This document shows positions 16,801 through 25,039 of a DNA stretch of 64,000 bases, in pieces; the stretch's first letter is position 1, and every line of letters starts with the position of its first letter. The notes below the pieces were generated by a model. It worked only from the letters and a program-made list of their open reading frames with translations, made no database searches and was not told the origin of the DNA. Position numbers and translations under genes: made by a program. The DNA is from an uncultured Chlamydiae bacterium. GTDB lineage: Bacteria > Chlamydiota > Chlamydiia > Chlamydiales > JAJFMA01. The DNA lies in the NCBI GenBank assembly GCA_963713615.1, contig CAVQMM010000001.1:2496001-2560000 (forward strand), in the 5' to 3' direction.

Positions 16801-18449
16801 GTGGATCTCGCCATGCAGATAAAACGACTACAGGCGATTATAGGGTAAATGCGCATCGTTTTAAGATTAATTTCGCCACCTTCATCATCGATTGTGGCCA
16901 CGGCAAACTGATTACACCAAGTAACTAAGGCCTTTTGCCAAGGAGCTGCCTCTTCTGAAAGCGCCTCGCAGCTGGTTTTTAGGCCTTGAAAACATGCTAA
17001 CAACCTCTTGTCTTCTAAAGTCTTCGCTTTGATTAATAAGCTTTGCAACAGCAAAATTTGCTGTTCAAGACTAAGAGTTGCAACATGTTGCTCAAAAGTC
17101 TCGTCGTCTGAGTCTTCATCTATCTCTGGAAGATCGGCCAACTCGAGTTCGTTGGATAGTCTTCCCACAGTCTCGTCAAAGCTCTTACAAAAATCACCTG
17201 GAGTCACCTCTGAATCTGGTAGAGCAAAATAGACCTTTTCCTCTTCAAGAATCTGCAGTAATGTTTGGTCCCTGCCCGCAATGCGAAGGACCCATTCGGC
17301 ATCTTCCTCGCCTAGATCCCCGTTAAGATAGCTTCGTTGCAATGCTCTCAGGATAGGAGGAAGGAGCGTTCGGTACTCTTGGTTCGGGCTGGACACAATA
17401 TAGAGGAAAAAACTGAAGAGATTCAGGGACCGTTTTGTCAAATCTTTTTGAAAGTCCTGCTCAAGCATCCAGTGCCAGTTGTCATCTAAGTCAGCGCGTT
17501 GGCCGACTAAATAAGCCGCTAGCTGTTCACAGTTGTCAAGTTCAGCACGCTTCTGATCATCGGTTTTTTGGCCCCAACGCCTAGCCAACAGCTCAGGATC
17601 TAAGGTTTGAGGACTCTCAGTACTCCTTTCTTCCAGCAGTACCTTGTCGAAAAACGTTCTCTGGGACGCATCAAAAACACAAGGAAATGGCATCGGTGGC
17701 ATCTTTTGAATAGCCATTCCCCCTAAGATCTGTTGCGTCTTTTCAAGACCAGGTAAGCTAAAGAGCCGAAGTAATAAGTCTTTGCGATTTCGCAGTTCAG
17801 TAGAGAGTGGTATTTTTTGTATCTTTGCCTTAGCGCCTCTTAATAAATTCCAACCCTTTGCAACACTAAGAGCAGCTTCCGGGAGCTGCAACATCTCGCA
17901 GAAGGCTGCATCACATGCTTTCAAAATGCTCGGCATCTCTTGCTGCTTGGACAGCTCAGCAAGCTGTAACAGCGCCTCTACCTCAGCTAATGTAATGGGA
18001 GCTGGTAGGGCTTCGCCGTGCAAGAATGCGCTAATGCGCTCCATCTGTGCGTAAGAAATATCGGAAAGAGAAATAGGTTCTTCAGAGGGCTCTTCAGCAT
18101 ATTTGCTGGCTGCGACAAGCGCAGAAAATTTAGGCGATAGACAGGCCAGCATAAAGCTGTTAACCTGAAGCTCCTTCCCTTCTACGATTATTGTGAGATC
18201 TTTTTCGCACTGACCAAGATTCCGATGGCAAACTCGCGTTGCTTGTAGGATAGCCTCCATATCAACCGGAGACAGCTCACGCCCTTGTAACAGAGTCTGT
18301 ACTTCCTGTTTGATCTCACTAAGTTCCTGAAAAAGGCCTGCAACAACTGACTGTTGTGAAAGCTCTTCTATGCGCGTTACAATCGGATTTTGTTGATATA
18401 TATCATTAACACCAAAATCAATAATATTTATATTATTAAAATTATCCAT
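13833..18449 (-). CDS. Large effector-like protein: two BTB/POZ-like domains, hydrophobic segments and leucine-rich repeats
   Basis: DLTIIVEGKELQVNSFMLACLSPKF and ACSRFICMARSTMLHRML...IVLRDIS (BTB-like); CQRLTSLDLRRCQGLT-type Cys-containing LRRs; Asn/Ile-rich N-terminus. Confidence 0.75.
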   Translation of the reverse strand: MDNFNNINIIDFGVNDIYQQNPIVTRIEELSQQSVVAGLFQELSEIKQEVQTLLQGRELSPVDMEAILQATRVCHRNLGQCEKDLTIIVEGKELQVNSFMLACLSPKFSALVAASKYAEEPSEEPISLSDISYAQMERISAFLHGEALPAPITLAEVEALLQLAELSKQQEMPSILKACDAAFCEMLQLPEAALSVAKGWNLLRGAKAKIQKIPLSTELRNRKDLLLRLFSLPGLEKTQQILGGMAIQKMPPMPFPCVFDASQRTFFDKVLLEERSTESPQTLDPELLARRWGQKTDDQKRAELDNCEQLAAYLVGQRADLDDNWHWMLEQDFQKDLTKRSLNLFSFFLYIVSSPNQEYRTLLPPILRALQRSYLNGDLGEEDAEWVLRIAGRDQTLLQILEEEKVYFALPDSEVTPGDFCKSFDETVGRLSNELELADLPEIDEDSDDETFEQHVATLSLEQQILLLQSLLIKAKTLEDKRLLACFQGLKTSCEALSEEAAPWQKALVTWCNQFAVATIDDEGGEINLKTMRIYPIIACSRFICMARSTMLHRMLEGRFVEADKGKIPDEAIVLRDISVEKLQAAQEWMRTESVSLEGLTVEQVGHLLASVDYFGCRHFQKRFENYLIGQADQADNMLILLQIARERDMPHLLRASVKTLSKQYAGIIRINILSDGRLKIIELDHAKVAAHPELQGILHELRGQWKEATLKYWAEQPPLPPRTWRKALFDQISKDRAIRIARGTGLTLFGAIGATSAYLYRDTTRSGLSMMKDVAVLAASTAFSYVPYGSVAYERLAGAIGSIDINSVFSVTRATASTALERVVYFMTGSNGLLYQQTIAAIETAGGYTGEALNAVISVIPTMSRVVDTSAVGITLLSATVLGAGVGAACCRRAAQKIRPVVLKNLVPPPQPFVVDPHELAQMVVPADNPSLGLLPHALPVQLPALRLDTTACRALTNEEICRLVTSYPQLTELTLDGECPLVDGQGWKYLAKLHKLQRLAVTLKLSEHHTEAPFASLDVSELRPSWPDFEAVDVRLERTGYAWRAFKPTARELLFLSNCPVGLQVRLTLAGRFKIKPIAEACPSMTALWSTGMTDNFTSLFTDDVVALAKHCPGLVRLRAECRFGPDQDLSKLAKGCQRLTSLDLRRCQGLTHVGMERLVYYCKELQEVHLKDAGGVNDAEVGLLATLPKLRVIELIDSQVTDEGVNRLLNRGDLPPLDGISMLACPQISLEMQRRLSAHVFRMQSSHIEADKRKTKEWAEILTPWNEQDKEVQRKVQSQARQMLLLGLEAVVQNHWFLFRAPPVPRLLAEHGPLMALRQQLAQAFEIPEEGTIHLDSSMLACGLLNDEFQTNVMSIGDTVNAQFKETYLGDKISAESFAGLFFRVVGILAHFASLADSRHILPILESYLTLSESALSMDDLAQVTDDCKKHIIRWLDDECRQKVSDTLLVQWTRLNVQQPAAWFVQLLAGFTPVDLLALTQALFRCRDVVANACREKNLSPPDRMRLLIGVTILTLAETIPSTFVSVVNQLRETH

Positions 18450-18669
18450 CGTTTCTATCTCATGTTGTTAATTTAAAGTGACGATGTTATATTTCAGGTT
18501 ATATTTAAGCAAGCATAAACAAATGATAAAGTTATTGTTAAGATGTGAAAATGAGAATGACGCCTATTGAGGGAAGTGCAAACGATTGTCGATGCTTATG
18601 CATTCGGGGTCATCGACTTAATTGGCAATTTCGGTTATCTTGGTGGGTCAAATCTTCAGGGAATAATGA

Positions 18670-19383
18670 ATGAGCAAAGAACGTGACGAAAAAAGATTGA
18701 GCAAAGTCCTAGCGGCCGCAGGCATAGCGTCTCGTCGTGCCTGCGAAGAACTCATTTTTGCTGGTCGAGTGACCGTAAATGGTAAACCCGAAAAAACACC
18801 GCAAACACTGGTAGACCTCAAAACAGACAAAATTGCTGTTGACGGCGAGCCAATCCTCCGTGAGGAGCCTCTGGCCTACTACCTGCTCAATAAGCCCGCG
18901 GGTTATGTTTGTACACAGGCACGTCGAGCCAGCGAAAGGTTAGTATTGGACCTTATCGAAGACAAAAGCGAACGCCTTTTCACAGTTGGTCGTCTCGATA
19001 AGGCTACTGGTGGACTCATTATCGTTACCAATGACGGCGATTTTGCCAATCAAGTGATCCATCCCTCTTCCAATATCTCCAAAGAATATCTTGCCAAGGT
19101 AGACCTGAACGTCACTCACGAACATCTCGTGTCTATCTCCGGAGGAACATTGGTCGATGGGGCACATGTAAAACCGATTGCAGTCACCAAGGTACGTCGT
19201 AATACCCTGAAAATCGTTGTTGGCGAAGGTAAGAAACATGAGGTGCGCCTGCTGTTACAGGCCGCCGGACTAAAAGTCCACGAACTCACACGCATCCGTA
19301 TTGGCAGTTTGATCCTCGGGAAGCTAGCTGTAGGTTCCTACCGTCGAATGACGGAACGTGAACGTAAAGGTTTTTTTGCATAA
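18670..19383 (+). CDS. rluB: RsuA/RluB-family pseudouridine synthase
   Basis: S4 domain (RLSKVLA.AG.ASRR), NKPAG, VGRLD and EGKKHEVR motifs. Confidence 0.88.
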   Translation: MSKERDEKRLSKVLAAAGIASRRACEELIFAGRVTVNGKPEKTPQTLVDLKTDKIAVDGEPILREEPLAYYLLNKPAGYVCTQARRASERLVLDLIEDKSERLFTVGRLDKATGGLIIVTNDGDFANQVIHPSSNISKEYLAKVDLNVTHEHLVSISGGTLVDGAHVKPIAVTKVRRNTLKIVVGEGKKHEVRLLLQAAGLKVHELTRIRIGSLILGKLAVGSYRRMTERERKGFFA

Positions 19384-19388
19384 GCGAA

Positions 19389-19450
19389 TATACCACGCGC
19401 GGTTAGCTTTGGCGTAGTCGAATGCGCCAAAGCCAACCGCGCATGGTATA
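19389..19450. repeat. 62-bp palindrome or hairpin downstream of rluB
   Basis: TATACCACGCGCGGTTAGCTTTGGCG / CGCCAAAGCCAACCGCGCATGGTATA; no U-tract. Confidence 0.7.
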
Positions 19451-19540
19451 ATCCAAAAGAATTTTGCCGCTCTTTACATAGTATTTACAGACCTTTGATA
19501 TCCTACGCGAGCGGCACATGTTACACGATGGATAATTTCT

Positions 19541-21436
19541 ATGGCTGAACCCTATTCTGATCATCATGACGAGGTCTCTCAAGACCTACATACTGCTATC
19601 AGCAACCTCGAGCAATTTGCGTTGCTCAACGCATTTGAGCCTATTCCGCACTTCTATCACCTTGAGCTTAAAGATGGCCACATTATACCCAATGCCGTGG
19701 ACCCCTACCAAAAGCTCGTTGGCCTAGCGCGTTGTTTTGTCACTGCGCTGCTATCAGACACTGTTCGGCGCGATCATGAGCAACGCCGCGACCGCCTACA
19801 GCAAGAGATCTTGAGGGCTATCGATATTGTAAAAAACAGTTACCCGCTGCTTGATAAGCTCAAAAATGGCGATGCTGCAGAGCGTAAACTCGCCGATGCT
19901 GCGATGGCCACCATCGATCATTTCAATTCTGTTATCGAAGGAGCCCGTGATCGCCCTCCCTCTTGGGGACAACGTTTCGCACGCTTTCTCTTTCGACGCA
20001 GCGGTCTTTCCGTAGATGAACATTTAGCTCGTCAAACCATCGAACTTCCTTTGCCAGCTAGTCAACACTGTGAGTCGCCTCAGGACGTGGGTCAGGCTTG
20101 CTACAAGGTTAGTACCATGGTCCCTGGAATAGCCAGTAACGTATCCTCAAAGGTATCTTCCCTAGCTGCCCCTCAGCAAGGTCCCTTATATGTATCCCTA
20201 ATACCCTCTCATCGTGAAGTAGATGCATTTCGTGTTAAGGCAATTACTATGATTCGAAATTACGGATTCCCTTCGACCTCGCTCAGTGAAGCCTTGAAGG
20301 CTGTACGGCAGACGCCTGTGCAGAGCGCTGACACCAAAATAACTAAAGGCCTGCAAGGCGAGGCCACTATTGTGACGTTTAAGCAAACGATAGAACCCTT
20401 TCCAGGTGAAGTACTCCTATTGGAAGGTTCATTCCGACGCGATGCACACAGCAAGGTTCCCAGCATCCCAATACCCGATAGCTTCCGACTGTTTTCGCGT
20501 TCCTCACAAAGCGGCTTTCCGCACCCGATCCAACATGCGGGCTGGGGTCTCTGTGACAAACTGTTACCTCCCTGTCCCGACTACCCTGAAAAGCTCCCCT
20601 TATACCGCATGTTATGCGATCAGAAGAGGAAAATGGCGCAGGCCCTCCTGCCCAGTGGGGTATTGTTGTTTCAGGCAAAACGCTTGTTGGAAACGCAGAA
20701 GGAACTTTTTGAAGCCTATCACGACGAATTTTTAACGCTTCATCGACGTTTAGCATCAGCTATTGCCAGGGCAACGAACGCTAACACTAACAATGGTATC
20801 ATCAAAAATCTGTTCCATTTCCTAAAAGGCCAGTCAGCAGCATTGGAGCAGTTAGCACAAGCTTATTCCTGCATCTGCGATACAGCGATTGTAAAACCAT
20901 TAGAGTATCTCCAAAATAGTTGGTTGAGTGCTCGCGCATCAGGCTCGTGGACGGCCTTGACGTCCGAAAGGCGTCTGGAACTATCGCGCAGCATGTTTCT
21001 CGAAGGCGCCCAGGAGGCCCTAGAGAGGTTAAAAGCGGAAAAGCTGTTGCAGGTTCCTGAACCATTGGCGACATATATGGTCTTTTTGGGACAACTTCTG
21101 CAGAAACCAGCTTGTGAATTAGTCTTGCAGTATATGTCTGAGAAAATTGGTTTCGAGCCTCCCAAATTAAGTCCCTTTGCTCAAAGACTGCAAACCGCTA
21201 CCTTCAGACAACTCATGGCCTTTATGGTTAACCTTGAGGTCGACTTAGGCGATGATCCAGAAGAACAGCGCCTATTAGTTAAGAATCGCCTGGTCATGAC
21301 ATTGGAAGCTGATATCACTTGCTTTGAGGAACCCCTCGCCATGAATGCGAATAAAAGCGTGACCTCGCTACGCAAGGAGCTAGCCGACTATTACCATCAG
21401 CGAGCCCTAAACCCAAACAGGCGCGCCTTCGCGTAG
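19541..21436 (+). CDS. Hypothetical protein (631 aa)
   Basis: Long ORF with codon style like the neighbouring housekeeping genes; no motif recognised. Confidence 0.75.
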   Translation: MAEPYSDHHDEVSQDLHTAISNLEQFALLNAFEPIPHFYHLELKDGHIIPNAVDPYQKLVGLARCFVTALLSDTVRRDHEQRRDRLQQEILRAIDIVKNSYPLLDKLKNGDAAERKLADAAMATIDHFNSVIEGARDRPPSWGQRFARFLFRRSGLSVDEHLARQTIELPLPASQHCESPQDVGQACYKVSTMVPGIASNVSSKVSSLAAPQQGPLYVSLIPSHREVDAFRVKAITMIRNYGFPSTSLSEALKAVRQTPVQSADTKITKGLQGEATIVTFKQTIEPFPGEVLLLEGSFRRDAHSKVPSIPIPDSFRLFSRSSQSGFPHPIQHAGWGLCDKLLPPCPDYPEKLPLYRMLCDQKRKMAQALLPSGVLLFQAKRLLETQKELFEAYHDEFLTLHRRLASAIARATNANTNNGIIKNLFHFLKGQSAALEQLAQAYSCICDTAIVKPLEYLQNSWLSARASGSWTALTSERRLELSRSMFLEGAQEALERLKAEKLLQVPEPLATYMVFLGQLLQKPACELVLQYMSEKIGFEPPKLSPFAQRLQTATFRQLMAFMVNLEVDLGDDPEEQRLLVKNRLVMTLEADITCFEEPLAMNANKSVTSLRKELADYYHQRALNPNRRAFA

Positions 21437-21453
21437 CTCTTCTAACGAAGCCT

Positions 21454-21579
21454 CTATGTGGCGCAGTCATTCCATGACTGCGAGGACGCTTGCAATACAC
21501 ACCGTTACCATCATTTCACGCCTCCAAAATGGCATTAGGTGTGCGCCAACCGCAGTCATGGAATAACTGTGCCACATAG
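21454..21579. repeat. REP-like inverted doublet (GTGG type)
   Basis: CTATGTGGCGCAGTCATTCCATGACTGCG ... CGCAGTCATGGAATAACTGTGCCACATAG; same unit at 59358-59744. Confidence 0.8.
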
Positions 21580-21587
21580 GAACGCAA

Positions 21588-22197
21588 AGATTCTGCTTCA
21601 TGTTCTTCAATCGCGGCAACATTCCCGCTTGGATGGAACTTTTAAGACTTAATGTGCCGGATCCTAAGCGAAGTCGTATTTTCTCCATTGGATCGACCTT
21701 CTGCCATCTTGGCGGTGGAGGCTTTCCATTCCTAATCGGATGGTTACTAGATGATTTCACAGAAGGCTGGAGATGGATCTTCCCCGCAACAGCGCTAATG
21801 GGAATCACCGGCATCTTTTGGTACAGAGACATCAATCCAACCCTAGAAGACTACGAGAATATCCCTACCACTCCTCCCTGGACCCTGGACCAGCTAACTT
21901 CCCCCTGGAAACAAGCCTGGCAAATCATCATCCAAAGGCCAGACTTTGCCCGTTTTCAACTCGGTTTTCTCTTGGGGGGTGCAGGGCTGATGGTGATGCA
22001 ACCAGCGCTGCCAGCCTTCTTTGTGGATAGTCTTGGACTATCCCACACAGATCTAGCAGTAGCTCTGACATTATGTAAGGGCATCGGGTTTGCCCTGACA
22101 TCGCCTGTATGGGCCTCTTGGATGCATCAGGTCAACATCTATCGCTTTAGTGCCTGGGTAACCATATTGGCAGCCCTCTTTCCTGTCGGGCTCGCAG
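21588..22197 (+). pseudogene. Internal fragment of an MFS transporter paralogous to 2529-3782
   Basis: RGNIPAWME and FQLGF.LGGAG.MVMQPALP.FFVD.L.LS match the middle of the 417-aa MFS; both termini missing and replaced by repeats. Confidence 0.8.
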
Positions 22198-22245
22198 TGG
22201 ACAATATGGACAGTAATGGACATCATGGACAAAAATGGACAGATG
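22198..22245 (+). repeat. Short tandem TGGACA repeats with 9-10 bp period
   Basis: TGGACA at 22198, 22207, 22217, 22226 and 22236. Confidence 0.75.
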
Positions 22246-22439
22246 GCCAAAGCGGGCAATCATAGGAAAAAACAATAAATACATTTATAAGGACTTGGAA
22301 ATAAAAATATTTTTTTCTTTCCCCTCTCTGTCCGATCTCGGCGTCTCTGTGTTCTCTGTGTTAAAATTTCTCTAGCCGAATCCTTCTCGCCTTGCAACGA
22401 TCCTTAAGGACTCGTATGAAACCCTATATATCCACAATG

Positions 22440-22472
22440 GTGAGCTCTTCTTTGCGCCTTTGCGTTAAAAAA
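22440..22472. repeat. Single arm of the CGCAAAGGCGCAAAG repeat family
   Basis: GTGAGCTCTTCTTTGCGCCTTTGCGTTAAAAA, the same as 53081-53112. Confidence 0.75.
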
Positions 22473-22474
22473 CG

Positions 22475-24919
22475 TTACACGAACCGTCGCCGGATAGGAG
22501 CTAGCTTCAGAAATGCCTCTCGGGAGAGACCCCGCTCCAGAGCGAATCCTAGAATAGCTCTTCGAAGCTCTTGCTCTTCAAGTGTCTTTCCACTTTTGAG
22601 GTGATAAATCCGGGCAAGTAAAGGATAATCAGGCTGACGTGTATTCCTCAGATAGGCCTTCAGACTTCCCAAGCGTCCCTGACCACAGCGAGCGTACTGG
22701 ATTGCTTTGGCACAATCTTGAGCGCCTTGATGACCTAGCTTTGATAGTAATAGTAAATAGAGAATACCGACTTCCATTGCATTAGCATTGCCCACAAGAT
22801 AAGCCCCAGTGCGCTGCTCTGGTAAAGGAATGTAAATCTCCTGGACAAGCCCTAACCCATCGGTGACGCGATTATAGAAGGTTTCCGATTTTTTGAGGTT
22901 GCATAATGCTGTCACTCCAAGGTGTAGGCGCTTTGGCATGGCTATGGTATGGCAAAGAATGCCAGATCGTCCTCCAGGCATCGCACCTACATCACATCTA
23001 CATAGCTTGGTCCCATAGAATACTGCTCCTACAGCGTGTCCTGGCCATCCGGTAAACATCGCCACGATGTCACCCTTAGATACGTGAACTATCATTTGCT
23101 GAACTGTTTGATCGAGATAATCCCTCGAATGAACGATGCCATGCAGAGCTACAGATAGCACATTAACAAACCATTCTTGATTATCTTTGAGCTTTATAGT
23201 GGTTTCCGGTAGCAGTTTAGAGGCTATGTCAGGTGCTAGACCACTCCTCTGAACCTCATAATATTCCGACAGTACACATTCCATGAGTGCTAAGGTCTCG
23301 TCTTCAGTCCACGGCTTCAGTGAAATGACATCTCCATCCATATCGGAAAAGCCGTCTAAACCATAGCGATGCGCTAGCATTTTGCGTTGCAGAGCCTCGA
23401 TGCCGACGCCTTGATCGTTTTGCTTAAGTTTTTCAAGTAGTGCAGCCGCCTGTGCTTGGTCAACATGGTTCCGAATGTGCTTGTTGCGCAGCGCCAGCGT
23501 GTATGGCGTTGCACCCGCATGGTTGATCTGATTCTGAAGAAAGTCCCATGCTTCAAAGGTGCTAACAACCTCAAAAAGGCCTTCCCTACAAGCACAGTGA
23601 ACAGCAGTATCGCCTTTTTGATCTTTGGCTAAAGGATCTGCACCCTGAGCTATGAGCGTTTTGGCAAGCATAGCATCACCATGACAACAGGCAACATGCA
23701 GAGGTGTCACTCCGAGGCGATTCTGCACCCTCACGTTTGCTCCATCTAATAGGATCTGTTGTGCAGCGGAAGTCTTTCCGCCCTCACAGGCATAATGAAG
23801 AGCTGTATTGCCCAAGATATCGGGTACTTCCGTATGTGCACCTGCTTTCACAAGAGCCTTTACAAACGACGTATGTCCCTCCCGGCAGGCCAATTGCAGA
23901 GGTACAATTCCTTGTTTATTGGGTTCATCGACATTCACGCCCATGCGCTGAACTTCGCGAACTACACCCAGAAGGTCCTTGGAGCCAATCGAAGGGTTCC
24001 CCAAAGCAATACCATGCAAAAGCGTTGCTCCAGTAAGTCTATCTTTCTGTAGAGCATTGGCACCTGCCTCGATGAGGAGCTTAACAACCTCCAGGTGTCC
24101 CGATAAGCACGCCAGGAATAGTGGAGTTCGGTCTGTAGCATCCACAGCATCAGGACGTGCTCCTCTATCCAACAAGACTCGCATGGTAGCAGCGACTTTA
24201 TCTAGCGGGATATGCCTAGATCCTTCGACAATGATATGTAAGGGGGTGGATCCCGGTTTTGGAACGCCTGTGACACGATTGGGGTCTCCGCCAGCATCAA
24301 GCAGCGCTTCGACGGCATCGCTCAAACAAACACGCGCTGCGCGATGCAGTGATGAATCCCCATCAATGTTTACCTGATTGATGTCTGCACCGTGCGAAGT
24401 CAGCAGGTCAATTAGCTGCTTCACATCATCGCCCAATACATAATGTAAGGGCGTATTACCACGAGAGTCCACAGCCTGAACTTTGGCGCCTGCATCGAGA
24501 AGTTCCTGCACTATTGCTATACAGCCGGTAGCACAGGCTAAATGTAGCGCCGTCCAGCCAGCTCTTCTTTCCTTCAACACATCCAGACCAGCCCTTAGCC
24601 ACGCACGCGCCCTGTCTAGTTCACCGTTTGTGCAAGCTCTCATGAATGCACGGAAAGCATCGCCTGTCCACCCGCTTAAAGCATTGGAATCTCGCATAGC
24701 TTGGATAAAGTCCCGGCCTTCTTCAGTAACGAATAGTTCAGACGGAAAGATTCGTATCACTTTAAGGCATGCATCGCTGTGCGCACTTATCCAAGCACGA
24801 TCTGTTATTCCCTCAAGACACTCGAATAAATAGTCACCGTGTGATACTACCCATTCATGGATAACATCCTCATTTCTTGTCTCTAGAAGTGACCGAAATT
24901 GACTGCTAACTGGGCTCAT
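22475..24919 (-). CDS. Ankyrin-repeat protein with C-terminal cysteine-protease-like (AnkH-like) domain
   Basis: About 10 ankyrin repeats (GxTALHxA); C-terminal GWPGH-x14-D ... QRTGAY. Confidence 0.8.
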   Translation of the reverse strand: MSPVSSQFRSLLETRNEDVIHEWVVSHGDYLFECLEGITDRAWISAHSDACLKVIRIFPSELFVTEEGRDFIQAMRDSNALSGWTGDAFRAFMRACTNGELDRARAWLRAGLDVLKERRAGWTALHLACATGCIAIVQELLDAGAKVQAVDSRGNTPLHYVLGDDVKQLIDLLTSHGADINQVNIDGDSSLHRAARVCLSDAVEALLDAGGDPNRVTGVPKPGSTPLHIIVEGSRHIPLDKVAATMRVLLDRGARPDAVDATDRTPLFLACLSGHLEVVKLLIEAGANALQKDRLTGATLLHGIALGNPSIGSKDLLGVVREVQRMGVNVDEPNKQGIVPLQLACREGHTSFVKALVKAGAHTEVPDILGNTALHYACEGGKTSAAQQILLDGANVRVQNRLGVTPLHVACCHGDAMLAKTLIAQGADPLAKDQKGDTAVHCACREGLFEVVSTFEAWDFLQNQINHAGATPYTLALRNKHIRNHVDQAQAAALLEKLKQNDQGVGIEALQRKMLAHRYGLDGFSDMDGDVISLKPWTEDETLALMECVLSEYYEVQRSGLAPDIASKLLPETTIKLKDNQEWFVNVLSVALHGIVHSRDYLDQTVQQMIVHVSKGDIVAMFTGWPGHAVGAVFYGTKLCRCDVGAMPGGRSGILCHTIAMPKRLHLGVTALCNLKKSETFYNRVTDGLGLVQEIYIPLPEQRTGAYLVGNANAMEVGILYLLLLSKLGHQGAQDCAKAIQYARCGQGRLGSLKAYLRNTRQPDYPLLARIYHLKSGKTLEEQELRRAILGFALERGLSREAFLKLAPIRRRFV

Positions 24920-25039
24920 AATTAAATTATATCATATTATGCGGTAGGCCGGAAACTTCGATTTGGCCTGACGGCTGTAGGGGATGACAAGTCAAGCGCA
25001 TGTACTTTCAGACAGACGCCGCAAAAAAGGGACATCGAT

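Noticed and set aside
19389..19450. Intrinsic terminator or tRNA after rluB
   Set aside because: No U-tract and no cloverleaf; recorded only as a palindrome
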